Virus record (IMG/VR): IMGVR_UViG_3300031992_000010 | From: a virus | Taxonomy: Duplodnaviria > Heunggongvirae > Uroviricota > Caudoviricetes | Length of the DNA: 64,000 nucleotides | Direction: 5' to 3' (one strand) | In this document: in pieces, positions 45,548 to 54,755 of the stretch | Layout: every line of letters starts with the position of its first letter | How positions within the stretch are numbered: the stretch's first letter is position 1 | Made by a program: the position numbers and the translations under genes | Notes under the pieces: generated by a model | Told to the model about the DNA's origin: nothing | Databases searched by the model: none | What the model saw: only the letters and a program-made list of their open reading frames with translations

Positions 45548-45982
45548 ATGTATATAGCGGTTGATTTTGATGGGACGTGCGTAACACACGCATATCCGGA
45601 AATAGGAAAGGATATCGGTGCGGTTCCTATATTAAAACGTATTGTGGAACGAGGTCATAAATTAATATTATTGACTATGCGTTCCCATCCAAAAAACGGT
45701 CAGGATTCACCTAACCTTAAACAACAAGGCCTTACGCCTATACCAAAAACCCGTGACACCTTAAACGAGGCGATCGAATGGTTTAGGAATAATGGTGTGG
45801 AATTATATGCGGTGAATGGAAATCCATCACAATATGGGTGGACCAATTCAAAAAAGGTATATGCAAATCTTTATATCGACGATGCCGCATTGGGTGTACC
45901 ATTAAAATTCGATGAAACCGGACGTGGATATGTCGATTGGGAAACGGTTGAACGTGTTTTGGAATTATATGGAATAATATGA
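45548..45982 (+). CDS. HAD-family phosphatase resembling the T4 Pnk 3'-phosphatase domain
   Basis: motif I AVDFDGT (T4 FDVDGT); HKLILLTMRS versus T4 YQIVVVSGRE; LYIDDAAL versus T4 LAIDDRTQ. Confidence 0.5.
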   Translation: MYIAVDFDGTCVTHAYPEIGKDIGAVPILKRIVERGHKLILLTMRSHPKNGQDSPNLKQQGLTPIPKTRDTLNEAIEWFRNNGVELYAVNGNPSQYGWTNSKKVYANLYIDDAALGVPLKFDETGRGYVDWETVERVLELYGII

Positions 45983-46569
45983 TGATAATACAATACATAC
46001 GAAATTTTTTCGGCCACCTGGGAACAATACTCAAACATAAGTATTATGTGGGCAAATATTGTTTCAAGGCCGGATTATATTTACAGGGGATTACCCACGA
46101 CCTATCAAAGTTCCACCCGGTGGAATTTTTTGAATCCGTCCGCTGGTATGATGGTCACATATCGCCCATAGATAAATGTAAGAAGGCAAAAGGTTACTCC
46201 AATGCCTGGTTCCACCATCGCGGTAGAAATAAACATCACTATGAATTTTGGTGCGATAATTTCGAAAAGGGGATCACGTGTGTGGATATGCCATATAAAT
46301 ATGCGTTGGAAATGTTATGCGATTATATAGGTGCCGGGAGAGCATATATGGGTGGAAAGTTTTCATTTTCAAAGGAATATGAGTGGTGGTCAAAAACAAA
46401 ACAGCCGGTTGCAAAAATGTCGGATAATACAAAACAATTTATTGATTCCTGTTTATTTTCATTGGCGCAGTTGGAGGAAAGATGGCCGGATGAGATTGAT
46501 AATTTTTGGAAAAATAAAACATATAAAACAATTTGGAATTTAACAAATAAACAACAAAAGAATGGATAA
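45979..46569 (+). CDS. hypothetical protein, weak HD-like His/Asp signature (GHLG...ITHDLSKFH)
   Basis: ORF track. Confidence 0.3.
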   Translation: MMIIQYIRNFFGHLGTILKHKYYVGKYCFKAGLYLQGITHDLSKFHPVEFFESVRWYDGHISPIDKCKKAKGYSNAWFHHRGRNKHHYEFWCDNFEKGITCVDMPYKYALEMLCDYIGAGRAYMGGKFSFSKEYEWWSKTKQPVAKMSDNTKQFIDSCLFSLAQLEERWPDEIDNFWKNKTYKTIWNLTNKQQKNG

Positions 46570-47170
46570 AAGTAACGTTTTTAGATTGGAATTGGTACAA
46601 ATCAAAAACACCGAATTACGGAACGCCATTATCGGTTATTTCGAGAATTGCGTGCCCGAATATTTTTGGACTATGCCTGCATCGTCGACAGGTAAATACC
46701 ATCCGGATCAGGACTCCGGTGAGGGTGGCCTGGTAAGACATTCGCGTATGGTAACACAGGTGGCGATTGCGTTGTTGCAGTTGGAAATGTGGTCGACATT
46801 GAAACCTTATGAGGACGACATATATGCTGCCTGTTTAATCCACGATACGTGGAAGTTGGGTGATATGGTAACCGAATACGAACAAGGTAAAACATACTCG
46901 GTTCACGACCACCCATTATTTGCAAGCCACAAATTCTATGGATTTGTGCAGACGTGGCCCAACGCAAGCGATGAATTGAAAAAACATTGTCAAACAATAT
47001 GTCAATGTGTGGAAACACATATGGGTCAATGGAACAAGCCAAAGTTTCCCGGTGCCGGGCAGGTATTGAAAAAACCGGAATCGGCAATACAAAAATTCGT
47101 CCATTTATGTGATTATATCGCCTCACGGAATTTTATAGGCAATTTGGATAAGATTGATGGTAAAATATAA
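46562..47170 (+). CDS. HD-domain 5'-deoxynucleotidase (YfbR-like)
   Basis: LVRHSRMVTQVAIALL parallels YfbR NVSEHSLQVAMVAHALA; ACLIHDTWKLGDMVTE parallels LAMYHDASEVLTGDLPT. Confidence 0.5.
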   Translation: MDKSNVFRLELVQIKNTELRNAIIGYFENCVPEYFWTMPASSTGKYHPDQDSGEGGLVRHSRMVTQVAIALLQLEMWSTLKPYEDDIYAACLIHDTWKLGDMVTEYEQGKTYSVHDHPLFASHKFYGFVQTWPNASDELKKHCQTICQCVETHMGQWNKPKFPGAGQVLKKPESAIQKFVHLCDYIASRNFIGNLDKIDGKI

Positions 47171-47237
47171 TCGTAAATAATTAAAAATCATTACCATAAA
47201 TTTATTTTTATATAAATAACAAAAATTTAATAATTTT

Positions 47238-48011
47238 ATGTATAAGTATATAGGAATACGAGGTCATCGTGGGTCGGGGAAATCCTCGATCGCATTGTTG
47301 ATTGCATCCATTCTCGACACCTTAAAAACCGGTGGCAATGTGGATGAGGTTTATGGTAATGTGGTTGATTGTATCCACACCGGCAAGGATTGCGGCAGTT
47401 TCCATAACGTTTATATTGAAACATTCTCCGACACGCCAATAACATTAATTCATATGATATTTGGAATACCAATGGAGGATTGTTATGATGATTGGAAGAA
47501 GGATAATATGTTTATAAACCTGAAAACATATGAATATACCGACACGGTTCCGGAGGAAAGGTGGAATGCCACCGAATATTTCGAAAAACGATGTAACGAG
47601 GTGGATTGTGAGGCATCCCCCCATAAAATCAAGGACGATGTGTGGTTTTCGTTGCGTGAGTTGATATCATATTACGGCAACTATGTGATGAAATATTTTT
47701 TCGGCGCCAACGTATGGATAAAATCGATGAATGTATTTGAATCCGAAATGGAGGAATTTTATACCGGCGATGAGGTTGTATGGAAAATTTACTCGGACGT
47801 GAAGTTTACGTCGGAGGTGGATTTCATCAAAAAACGTGGCGGCATAATCATCAATCTAAAGCGCCCGCACAAGGATAAGGGGAACCTCGATACGTCCACC
47901 AACCTCAAATACGACAAACGTATTGACTTTGAATTGGAATATGATGAGATAGGTTCCGAAAGTACAATGAATAAAATCAAGGAAATTTCAACTAAAATTT
48001 ATGAAGGTTAA
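47238..48011 (+). CDS. deoxynucleoside monophosphate kinase (T4 gp1-like)
   Basis: N-terminal MYKYIGIRGHRGSGKSSIALLIA parallels T4 gp1 MKLIFLSGVKRSGKDTTADFIM; length of 257 aa matches. Confidence 0.5.
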   Translation: MYKYIGIRGHRGSGKSSIALLIASILDTLKTGGNVDEVYGNVVDCIHTGKDCGSFHNVYIETFSDTPITLIHMIFGIPMEDCYDDWKKDNMFINLKTYEYTDTVPEERWNATEYFEKRCNEVDCEASPHKIKDDVWFSLRELISYYGNYVMKYFFGANVWIKSMNVFESEMEEFYTGDEVVWKIYSDVKFTSEVDFIKKRGGIIINLKRPHKDKGNLDTSTNLKYDKRIDFELEYDEIGSESTMNKIKEISTKIYEG

Positions 48012-49632
48012 GAAAATAGCCATCGATGGTTTCAAGTCCTTTTATAAAAGAACGGAAATCGATTTCGATGATGTGAAAGGTTTGTGGAGAATTTCCGGTG
48101 ATGTAGGTGCCGGAAAAACAACCATTGGCGAGGCGATAATGTATGGATTATTCGGTGATGTTAAAGGTAAGAATAACGCCGCCCTTGTCTCGTGGGGCTT
48201 AAAAAAAGGATTTATAGAGGTATGGTGTGAAAGCGCCGGCCGGGACATATATATCAAACGTGAGTTTCGACTTCAAGGTCAGGCGTCATTATATGTAACC
48301 GTGGATGGTGAGGAATTAATATTCACCAACAAACGTGATGCGCAAGGCCAACTCGAAAGTGATTACTACGATATTTCCCGGATGACGTTGGAATTGTTGT
48401 GTATAGTAAGTTTTAATAACTTCAAGTCAATCACCACATTAAACGCGGCGGATACCAAAAAGTTCCTCGACCAGGTATTTGGTTTTTATATTATAACCCA
48501 ATATGCGGACGCCACAAAGGATCTCCGGAATGAATCGATTGAATTGGAGGGGGAAATAAAACAATCCATTAATAACATCCAAATGCAAATCAATAAGATT
48601 ATTGAGATGTCCAATAAAACCAAAATTGAGGGTGATATGGATAAAACCTTTGCCGATATGAAATCCCAAATATCATTGCAAAAACAGGCGAAGGAAAAAT
48701 TCATTAAATTCCAAACCGAACAAAATAAAATACTCCGGGAACTCCAATCAAAATTGTCGGAAATTAAGACGTTGGGTCTGAATAAGAAAAAGGAAATTGA
48801 TTTCATCAAACAAGGCATATGTCCTACCTGCGGTGCCCCGATAGACCAATCACAGTTGCCTATAAAGGAAAAGGAAAAGGAAATGTTGGGTGAACAATAT
48901 AAGGAGGTAAATGAAAAATACCAAACGGTTTCCGGCAGAATCACGGACCAACAAACCAAGTGGAGTAAAATTGATACCGAGTATGGCAGTAAGATAGTGG
49001 AATTGAGTTCGTTATATAATCGTCTTTTGGATCAATCAAAACGCACAAAAATCAATACGTCCGAGATAGATAAGTTAAATGGCGATATAAAGGATTTACA
49101 GGATAAACTCCTACTTGCGGAAAAGGATACGGAGGAATGGAATCAATTATTCGATTTGTTTACAACAAACATGAGGACGAATACCCTATCGAACTTCATT
49201 CCTATCCTAAATCAAAACATTGCGCGGTATATGTCGCAATTGCACCAACCTTACGAATTGAAGTTTTCAAACGACTTCAAAAGCGAGTTGATAATCTTTG
49301 GAGTCGACCGGCCAATACCGGTGAGTTCACTTTCGACCGGTCAATTAAAAACGGTGGATATGACCGCGATGTTGGGTGTGTTGAGTGTTATTATGCATAA
49401 TGTAAATTTTAATATAATGTTTTTGGATGAGTTAATTTCCAATATGCATAGTGACCTACGTGATATGGTTTGTGAGGTGTTGCGTTCATCCTTACATAAG
49501 GATCAAACAATATTCCTCATTTCCCATACCGACCTAAACAATACATACCTCGATGGCGAGATTGAGGCCAAAATGGAAATGACTAAAAAATTCAGTAGGG
49601 AAACCACAATAAAAATCAATAAGTTTAATTAA
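48001..49632 (+). CDS. Rad50/SbcC-like SMC-type ATPase (T4 gp46-like) with zinc hook
   Basis: N-terminal KIAIDGFKSFYKRTEIDF...GDVGAGKTTIGEAI Walker A; central coiled coils with CPTCG hook; C-terminal LSTGQ signature and MFLDE Walker B. Confidence 0.6.
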   Translation: MKVKKIAIDGFKSFYKRTEIDFDDVKGLWRISGDVGAGKTTIGEAIMYGLFGDVKGKNNAALVSWGLKKGFIEVWCESAGRDIYIKREFRLQGQASLYVTVDGEELIFTNKRDAQGQLESDYYDISRMTLELLCIVSFNNFKSITTLNAADTKKFLDQVFGFYIITQYADATKDLRNESIELEGEIKQSINNIQMQINKIIEMSNKTKIEGDMDKTFADMKSQISLQKQAKEKFIKFQTEQNKILRELQSKLSEIKTLGLNKKKEIDFIKQGICPTCGAPIDQSQLPIKEKEKEMLGEQYKEVNEKYQTVSGRITDQQTKWSKIDTEYGSKIVELSSLYNRLLDQSKRTKINTSEIDKLNGDIKDLQDKLLLAEKDTEEWNQLFDLFTTNMRTNTLSNFIPILNQNIARYMSQLHQPYELKFSNDFKSELIIFGVDRPIPVSSLSTGQLKTVDMTAMLGVLSVIMHNVNFNIMFLDELISNMHSDLRDMVCEVLRSSLHKDQTIFLISHTDLNNTYLDGEIEAKMEMTKKFSRETTIKINKFN

Positions 49633-49677
49633 ATTTTTTCCGGTTTCACAATATATTAATCCATAAAAATTCAATAT

Positions 49678-50490
49678 ATGCAAATAAATAGTGAGTTACC
49701 ATTATGTATGTTAAATATAGGAACGGCATTAAATGACTATGATTTTGTCCTCCTACATTTAATGGATAATGAAAAATACCTCAATTGGGTATTACGTCAA
49801 CGCCGGGAATGGCCGGATCGTTTGATGATAATGGATAATAGTGCATACGAATATTTTGTAAAAGGTGAGGAATTTAATCCAAAGTGGTATGCCGAAATGA
49901 TTGGTATTGTCAAACCGGACTATTATATTCTTCCGGATAAATTAATGGATAAGGATGTCACGTTGGAAAGATCCATCGAATATTTAAAAAAATATTCAAC
50001 GCGAGGCCTCGAACGACCACTTGCGGTGGCACAAGGCAATTCGGAGGAGGATTTGGTGGAATGTATCCTAAAATACAAGGAAATTGGTATTGAATACTTG
50101 GGTATTCCATTCCATCTAAAGTTCTACACCAAAATGGAACACGACTTCGATATTATAAAGGTTTTCAAGTCAAAATATCCGGAAATATCGGAGGATATAT
50201 TATATGCCATGGGCAGGGTACAATTCGTCCGCAATCATATGGATATAATAAATGAATTTCCAAAGGTTCATTTTCTTGGATCACATTGTCCGCTCGAAAA
50301 GGTTTTTTACAAATGGGGCAATGCCACGATGGATACCGGTTATCCGGTCAAGTTGGCGATGGAAGGTATAAAGTTATTCAAGGAGACCAAAAAACCGGAA
50401 ATTATCATTGATGATTTCCTATATAATAAATTAACGGACGAACAACAAGGTTTAATTATAAATAACGTAATGAAATTCAAATTGTTATGA
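49678..50490 (+). CDS. hypothetical protein; possible TGT/DpdA-like 7-deazaguanine DNA transglycosylase (speculative, based on position next to queC)
   Basis: 270 aa, Asp-rich conserved stretches; no motif verified. Confidence 0.25.
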   Translation: MQINSELPLCMLNIGTALNDYDFVLLHLMDNEKYLNWVLRQRREWPDRLMIMDNSAYEYFVKGEEFNPKWYAEMIGIVKPDYYILPDKLMDKDVTLERSIEYLKKYSTRGLERPLAVAQGNSEEDLVECILKYKEIGIEYLGIPFHLKFYTKMEHDFDIIKVFKSKYPEISEDILYAMGRVQFVRNHMDIINEFPKVHFLGSHCPLEKVFYKWGNATMDTGYPVKLAMEGIKLFKETKKPEIIIDDFLYNKLTDEQQGLIINNVMKFKLL

Positions 50491-51050
50491 GAATAATATT
50501 TACAGGGGCACAAGGAACCGGGAAAACAACGATTCTAAATCACTTTCAAGGCAAGCAACCTATTATAACGAATGTATGTAGAACGTTGGCAAAAAATGGG
50601 GTAAAAATAAATGAAATGGGCGATGACGAATCACAGGCGGCAATTTTTGATGTATATTACGACCTATTATCCCGAAAGAATTATATCAGCGACCGTGGTC
50701 TAACGGATGTGATGGCATATAGTAAGTGGTTATTTGAACACGGCCGTTTGAGTGAAAAGGAATGGAACCGTGAACAACGTATATTCAAAACATTCATCAA
50801 GGCATATCCGGCGATATACTTTTATTTCCCAATAGAATTTAGGATTGAGGATGATGGCGTCCGTTCCACGGATGAGGACTTCCGTAAGGAAATCGATACA
50901 AACATTCTAAAATCATTACAGGATAATCCGGAAATTCCGGGTCTTACGGTACACGGTAGTGTGGAGGAACGACTTGAATTTATCAACCGGATGCTACAAT
51001 TTTCAACAAGATTAATTAACGCATTTTCAATAAATGGAAAAATTATATAA
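50487..51050 (+). CDS. P-loop NTPase/kinase (AAA_28/NadR-C-like nucleoside or nucleotide kinase)
   Basis: IIFTGAQGTGKTTIL Walker A at the extreme N-terminus; ~185 aa. Confidence 0.45.
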   Translation: MRIIFTGAQGTGKTTILNHFQGKQPIITNVCRTLAKNGVKINEMGDDESQAAIFDVYYDLLSRKNYISDRGLTDVMAYSKWLFEHGRLSEKEWNREQRIFKTFIKAYPAIYFYFPIEFRIEDDGVRSTDEDFRKEIDTNILKSLQDNPEIPGLTVHGSVEERLEFINRMLQFSTRLINAFSINGKII

Positions 51051-51274
51051 TGAAAAATAATATGGAAAAGGAAACAACGGAAAAAACAACAACAGGCGGA
51101 ATCTCATTTTGTGGATTACTTACAATTGTATTTATAGTATTAAAATTAACCGGATTTATCGGTTGGAGTTGGTGGTGGGTATTGGCACCAATATGGGCTC
51201 CGGTGGCATTGGTCCTAACCTGTTGGATAATATTATGGACAATTGTTGGCATAAAAATTGGAATGAAAAAATAA
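51050..51274 (+). CDS. small double-TM membrane protein (paralogue of 3587..3778)
   Basis: see 3587. Confidence 0.45.
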   Translation: MKNNMEKETTEKTTTGGISFCGLLTIVFIVLKLTGFIGWSWWWVLAPIWAPVALVLTCWIILWTIVGIKIGMKK

Positions 51275-51286
51275 ATATTAAATAAT

Positions 51287-52021
51287 ATGGAAAAAAAGGT
51301 AGTTTTAAGTTTAAGTGGTGGGTTGGATTCCACGTGTCTTTTGATGACCTATTTGGCGAAAGGTGCGGAGGTCAAGGCCTATTCATTTAAGTATGGACAA
51401 AAACATTCCATCGAATTGGAGAAGGTTGTAAAAAACATCAAATTTCTTCAGGAAAAAGGTTTCAAGGTCGAACATCACATTATTGACCTAACGTCGGTAT
51501 TCAACGAAAGTTCAAGTTCATTATGCGGTGATGGGGGTGATATCCCGGAAGGCCATTATGCGGATGAAAATATGAAGTCCACCGTGGTTGAAAATCGTAA
51601 CGTAATCTTTAGTTCGATTATATTCGGTAAGGCATTAAGTTGGGCAAAACATACTGATTCGAATGTGGTAATTTCACTTGGCATCCACGCAGGCGACCAC
51701 GCCATCTATCCGGATTGTACACCACAATCACAACAGGCGGCCGAACATTTGTTTAAGATTTCAAACTGGGAATCGGAACGTGTATCCTATATGGCGCCGT
51801 TTGTAAATGTGGATAAAGGTGAGGTTCTTGGATTTGGATTGGAGGCAATGAAACAATTGAACTTTACGGAGGATGAAATCAACTTCGTATTGGGTAATAC
51901 CCACACCTGCTATAATCCCAACGAAAAAGGTGAAAGTTGTGGTAAATGTGGATCCTGCACGGAACGTTTGGAGGCATTCGAACATAACCATATCAAGGAT
52001 CCGGTACCTTATCAAAAGTAA
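51287..52021 (+). CDS. queC: 7-cyano-7-deazaguanine synthase QueC
   Basis: SLSGGLDS PP-loop, YGQKH, ENRNVIF (VPGRN), YPDC, C-terminal zinc cluster CGKCGSC; 244 aa. Confidence 0.8.
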   Translation: MEKKVVLSLSGGLDSTCLLMTYLAKGAEVKAYSFKYGQKHSIELEKVVKNIKFLQEKGFKVEHHIIDLTSVFNESSSSLCGDGGDIPEGHYADENMKSTVVENRNVIFSSIIFGKALSWAKHTDSNVVISLGIHAGDHAIYPDCTPQSQQAAEHLFKISNWESERVSYMAPFVNVDKGEVLGFGLEAMKQLNFTEDEINFVLGNTHTCYNPNEKGESCGKCGSCTERLEAFEHNHIKDPVPYQK

Positions 52022-52040
52022 TAACAAACAATTAAACAAT

Positions 52041-52313
52041 ATGGAACAACAGGATAACAAACAAAAAATGGTATGGTTTTCCATACCAAAGGAGGCGATC
52101 AAAAATAAAACGGCAAAGGCGGTATTGATAGCATTTGGCGGACCGGAAATATATTCCCACAAGGATATTCCATTACAATATAAGTGTTGGCTTCCATTTT
52201 CGAGGGTGACCGTAACGTCAATGAATGCGAATATGATGAAGGTTGAGTTGCCATTATGGCTGGCCGAAAAAAGTATTGTATCACAATATGCAACTTTACA
52301 GGGCCTGAATTAA
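52041..52313 (+). CDS. hypothetical protein (90 aa; start trimmed from track ORF 51873)
   Basis: first ATG after the queC stop. Confidence 0.4.
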   Translation: MEQQDNKQKMVWFSIPKEAIKNKTAKAVLIAFGGPEIYSHKDIPLQYKCWLPFSRVTVTSMNANMMKVELPLWLAEKSIVSQYATLQGLN

Positions 52314-52354
52314 ATTTTTTGATACAACCGTATATTTTAATAAAATTTTATATT

Positions 52355-52864
52355 ATGCAATTAACAGGAAAACAAATAACCGAAAAACAAATAATCACCA
52401 ACGTAGGCGAAAAATCCATCCAGCAACAAGGGGTGGATCTCCGCCTCAAACGTATAGGCCGCATTGACTATCGAGGCGATATGGGTGAAATGGGCTTCAT
52501 TCCTGCGGATGGCAGGACATCAACGCCTAAAACCGAATGGTATGAATCCGAATTTGAACAATACTCCATAACACTAATACCCGGATATTACGAGGTTGAA
52601 TTTATGGAGGGTTGCAATATCCCGGTAAATTGTTCCTTACAATTAAAATCACGTTCGTCGGTGGTGCGATGCGGCGGTGAGATTCGTAGTGGTCAATTTG
52701 ATGCGGGATTTAAGACCGACAATATCGGATGTTTTCTAAAGGTGGAGATACCAATGAGTGTGGAAATCGGTGCGAGAATGGCGCAGGCGTTGGTATTTGA
52801 ATCCTACCCGGTGGAAAACCTATATGATGGCCAATGGCAGGGGGATAAACAAAGAAAATCATAA
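52355..52864 (+). CDS. dCTP deaminase/dUTPase-superfamily protein
   Basis: GVDLRL (Dcd VDVRLG-like) and FDAGFKT (IDPGW/IDAGYRG-like) motifs. Confidence 0.45.
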   Translation: MQLTGKQITEKQIITNVGEKSIQQQGVDLRLKRIGRIDYRGDMGEMGFIPADGRTSTPKTEWYESEFEQYSITLIPGYYEVEFMEGCNIPVNCSLQLKSRSSVVRCGGEIRSGQFDAGFKTDNIGCFLKVEIPMSVEIGARMAQALVFESYPVENLYDGQWQGDKQRKS

Positions 52865-52987
52865 AAAATCCCCGGAATTATTAACAAAAAGGAGGTTGAA
52901 AACATATTATTTATATGAATTTAATTTCCAAGTCAGTAAACAATTTTAATTAACAATATTATCAACTTTTAAAAAATTTTTAACATT

Positions 52988-54082
52988 ATGGCACAAAATC
53001 AAAATGCAAACGATGATTTCGTAAACTCGTTAATGGATTTCGATCCACAAAACCTTTCAGTTTTCAAGGAACCGGAGAAAAAGGATTACAATGTAAACAT
53101 CTACAAAACCAATCCGGTTAAGTTCTCAAAATCCGAAGATGGACACTACCGCTCAAAGGTACGTATTATTTACAATCCATTCAGTACGGAACAATCAATT
53201 GTACGTAAGGTCTCATACGCATTAACGGATGCAAATGGTTTCTTTATGGCCGATTCAAAATTGTCAACCGGCGACCGTTCCTGCCCTATATTCACGGCCT
53301 GGAAAAAGGTATGGTTCAATAAAAACAAACCGGAGGACGAACGTAAGGCATTCTGCAAGGAGGTTTTCCAGCAAAATGATGAAAACTATGTATTGGTGCA
53401 AATTTTGGAGGATGAAAACCAACCTGATCTTGTAGGTCAATTCAAGGTATGGAAATTACCAAAGGCCGTTTACGACATTATGGAGGCAAAAATGAATCCA
53501 AAGCCTGAATCAAAGAAGAAACCGGTTGCGATTATGGACTACCTATTCGGTAAACCATTGGAAATCGACGTTGCACCAGGACCTGACGATCCAAAACATC
53601 CTGAACGTAAACAACGTGAGATTTCATACTCATTATGTTCATTCGCGGACGACAGCGAGCCAATCCGTAAGATTGATAATACCCCATTATTTACGGAGGA
53701 TGAACTTGAGTTGATCGAAACGTATATGGATGCGAAGGCAAAATACGAAAAGGCAAAGGAGGCCGATAAGGCAAAGAAATTGGCCGCCGCACAGGAATTG
53801 GTACCACAGGTGCGTGAGTTGTACAAAAAGGCGTTGGATTACCTACGTGAAAATTGCCTTGACATTGTTGAGGAGGTTGGATACAAGGAATGGTCTCCTG
53901 AATTGAGTCAACGTGTGGCAAAATTCATTGCAAATGCGGTACAATTCATCGATCCAAAAACGGTAATTGACAACCCATTACTACAAGGTGCGCCTGCATC
54001 GCCGGAGGAAACAAAACAGGTTGTTGAGGAAATGCAACCGACGGTTGTATCCGGAGGTGAAACCGACGACCTTCCATTCTAA
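52988..54082 (+). CDS. single-stranded DNA-binding protein (T4 gp32-like fold) with acidic C-terminal tail ending DDLPF
   Basis: basic/aromatic N-terminal region, Cys/His cluster; acidic tail with SSB-Ct-like DDLPF; 364 aa. Confidence 0.45.
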   Translation: MAQNQNANDDFVNSLMDFDPQNLSVFKEPEKKDYNVNIYKTNPVKFSKSEDGHYRSKVRIIYNPFSTEQSIVRKVSYALTDANGFFMADSKLSTGDRSCPIFTAWKKVWFNKNKPEDERKAFCKEVFQQNDENYVLVQILEDENQPDLVGQFKVWKLPKAVYDIMEAKMNPKPESKKKPVAIMDYLFGKPLEIDVAPGPDDPKHPERKQREISYSLCSFADDSEPIRKIDNTPLFTEDELELIETYMDAKAKYEKAKEADKAKKLAAAQELVPQVRELYKKALDYLRENCLDIVEEVGYKEWSPELSQRVAKFIANAVQFIDPKTVIDNPLLQGAPASPEETKQVVEEMQPTVVSGGETDDLPF

Positions 54083-54139
54083 CAAGTAACAAACGAACCG
54101 GGTGGGAAACCATCCGGTTTAAAAAAAATATGTATTAAT

Positions 54140-54664
54140 ATGACATTTAGTGAATTAAAGGCAAAAATAATTAGAGCCTGCGGTACAACCGTTTTAAATC
54201 GCCAATTGATTGAAAAACCAACGGATGCCGGATTTAGGAAAATATTGAGGTCCTGTACAATTCCGGGATTTCAAAAATACATCCGTCAATATTTTGAAAC
54301 GGTACTTGGTAAAATACAACCCGATCCACTTTCGGAAGTAAAAATTGTAACGGAGGATGAACCTGTTGAGGTTGAGGAAATTCCTACGGAGGAACCTGTA
54401 ACCGTAACGGAGGATGAACCTGTTAAGGTTGAGGAAACCATTGAGGAACAAACGGAGGAAACAACCGAACAACCCGAACCTGTTGATGATCAGGCAGCGG
54501 ATGTGGTTGAACAACCTACGGAGGTGATAATCCCCGACGAATCAATCGAGGAGCAACCCGAACCTGTTGATGATCAGGCAGCGGATGTAGTTGAACAACC
54601 TACGGAGGAACCTGTTGAGGCCGTTGAGGCAAAACCTAAAAAGAGAAAGGGACGTAAAAAATAA
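54140..54664 (+). CDS. acidic tandem-repeat protein with basic C-terminal tag (KPKKRKGRKK)
   Basis: EEPVEVEE / EQPEPVDDQAADVVEQPTE repeats from ~81-bp DNA repeats. Confidence 0.45.
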   Translation: MTFSELKAKIIRACGTTVLNRQLIEKPTDAGFRKILRSCTIPGFQKYIRQYFETVLGKIQPDPLSEVKIVTEDEPVEVEEIPTEEPVTVTEDEPVKVEETIEEQTEETTEQPEPVDDQAADVVEQPTEVIIPDESIEEQPEPVDDQAADVVEQPTEEPVEAVEAKPKKRKGRKK

Positions 54665-54675
54665 TCGTCATCATT

Positions 54676-54755
54676 AAAAAAAAAGGTCCGGGAATTAAAT
54701 TTTTCGGACCTTTTTTATATATTAATATGTAAGTTAAATTTAAAGGATTAAGGAT
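54676..54755 (+). promoter_or_regulatory. terminator hairpin AAAGGTCCGGGAATTAAATTTTTCGGACCTTTTTT plus promoter motif cassette
   Basis: near-identical to the cassettes at 4507..4570 and 4858..4920. Confidence 0.55.

Noticed and set aside
53539-53921. Minus-strand ORFs inside the SSB gene
   Set aside because: Antisense shadows within a longer, motif-supported plus-strand gene.
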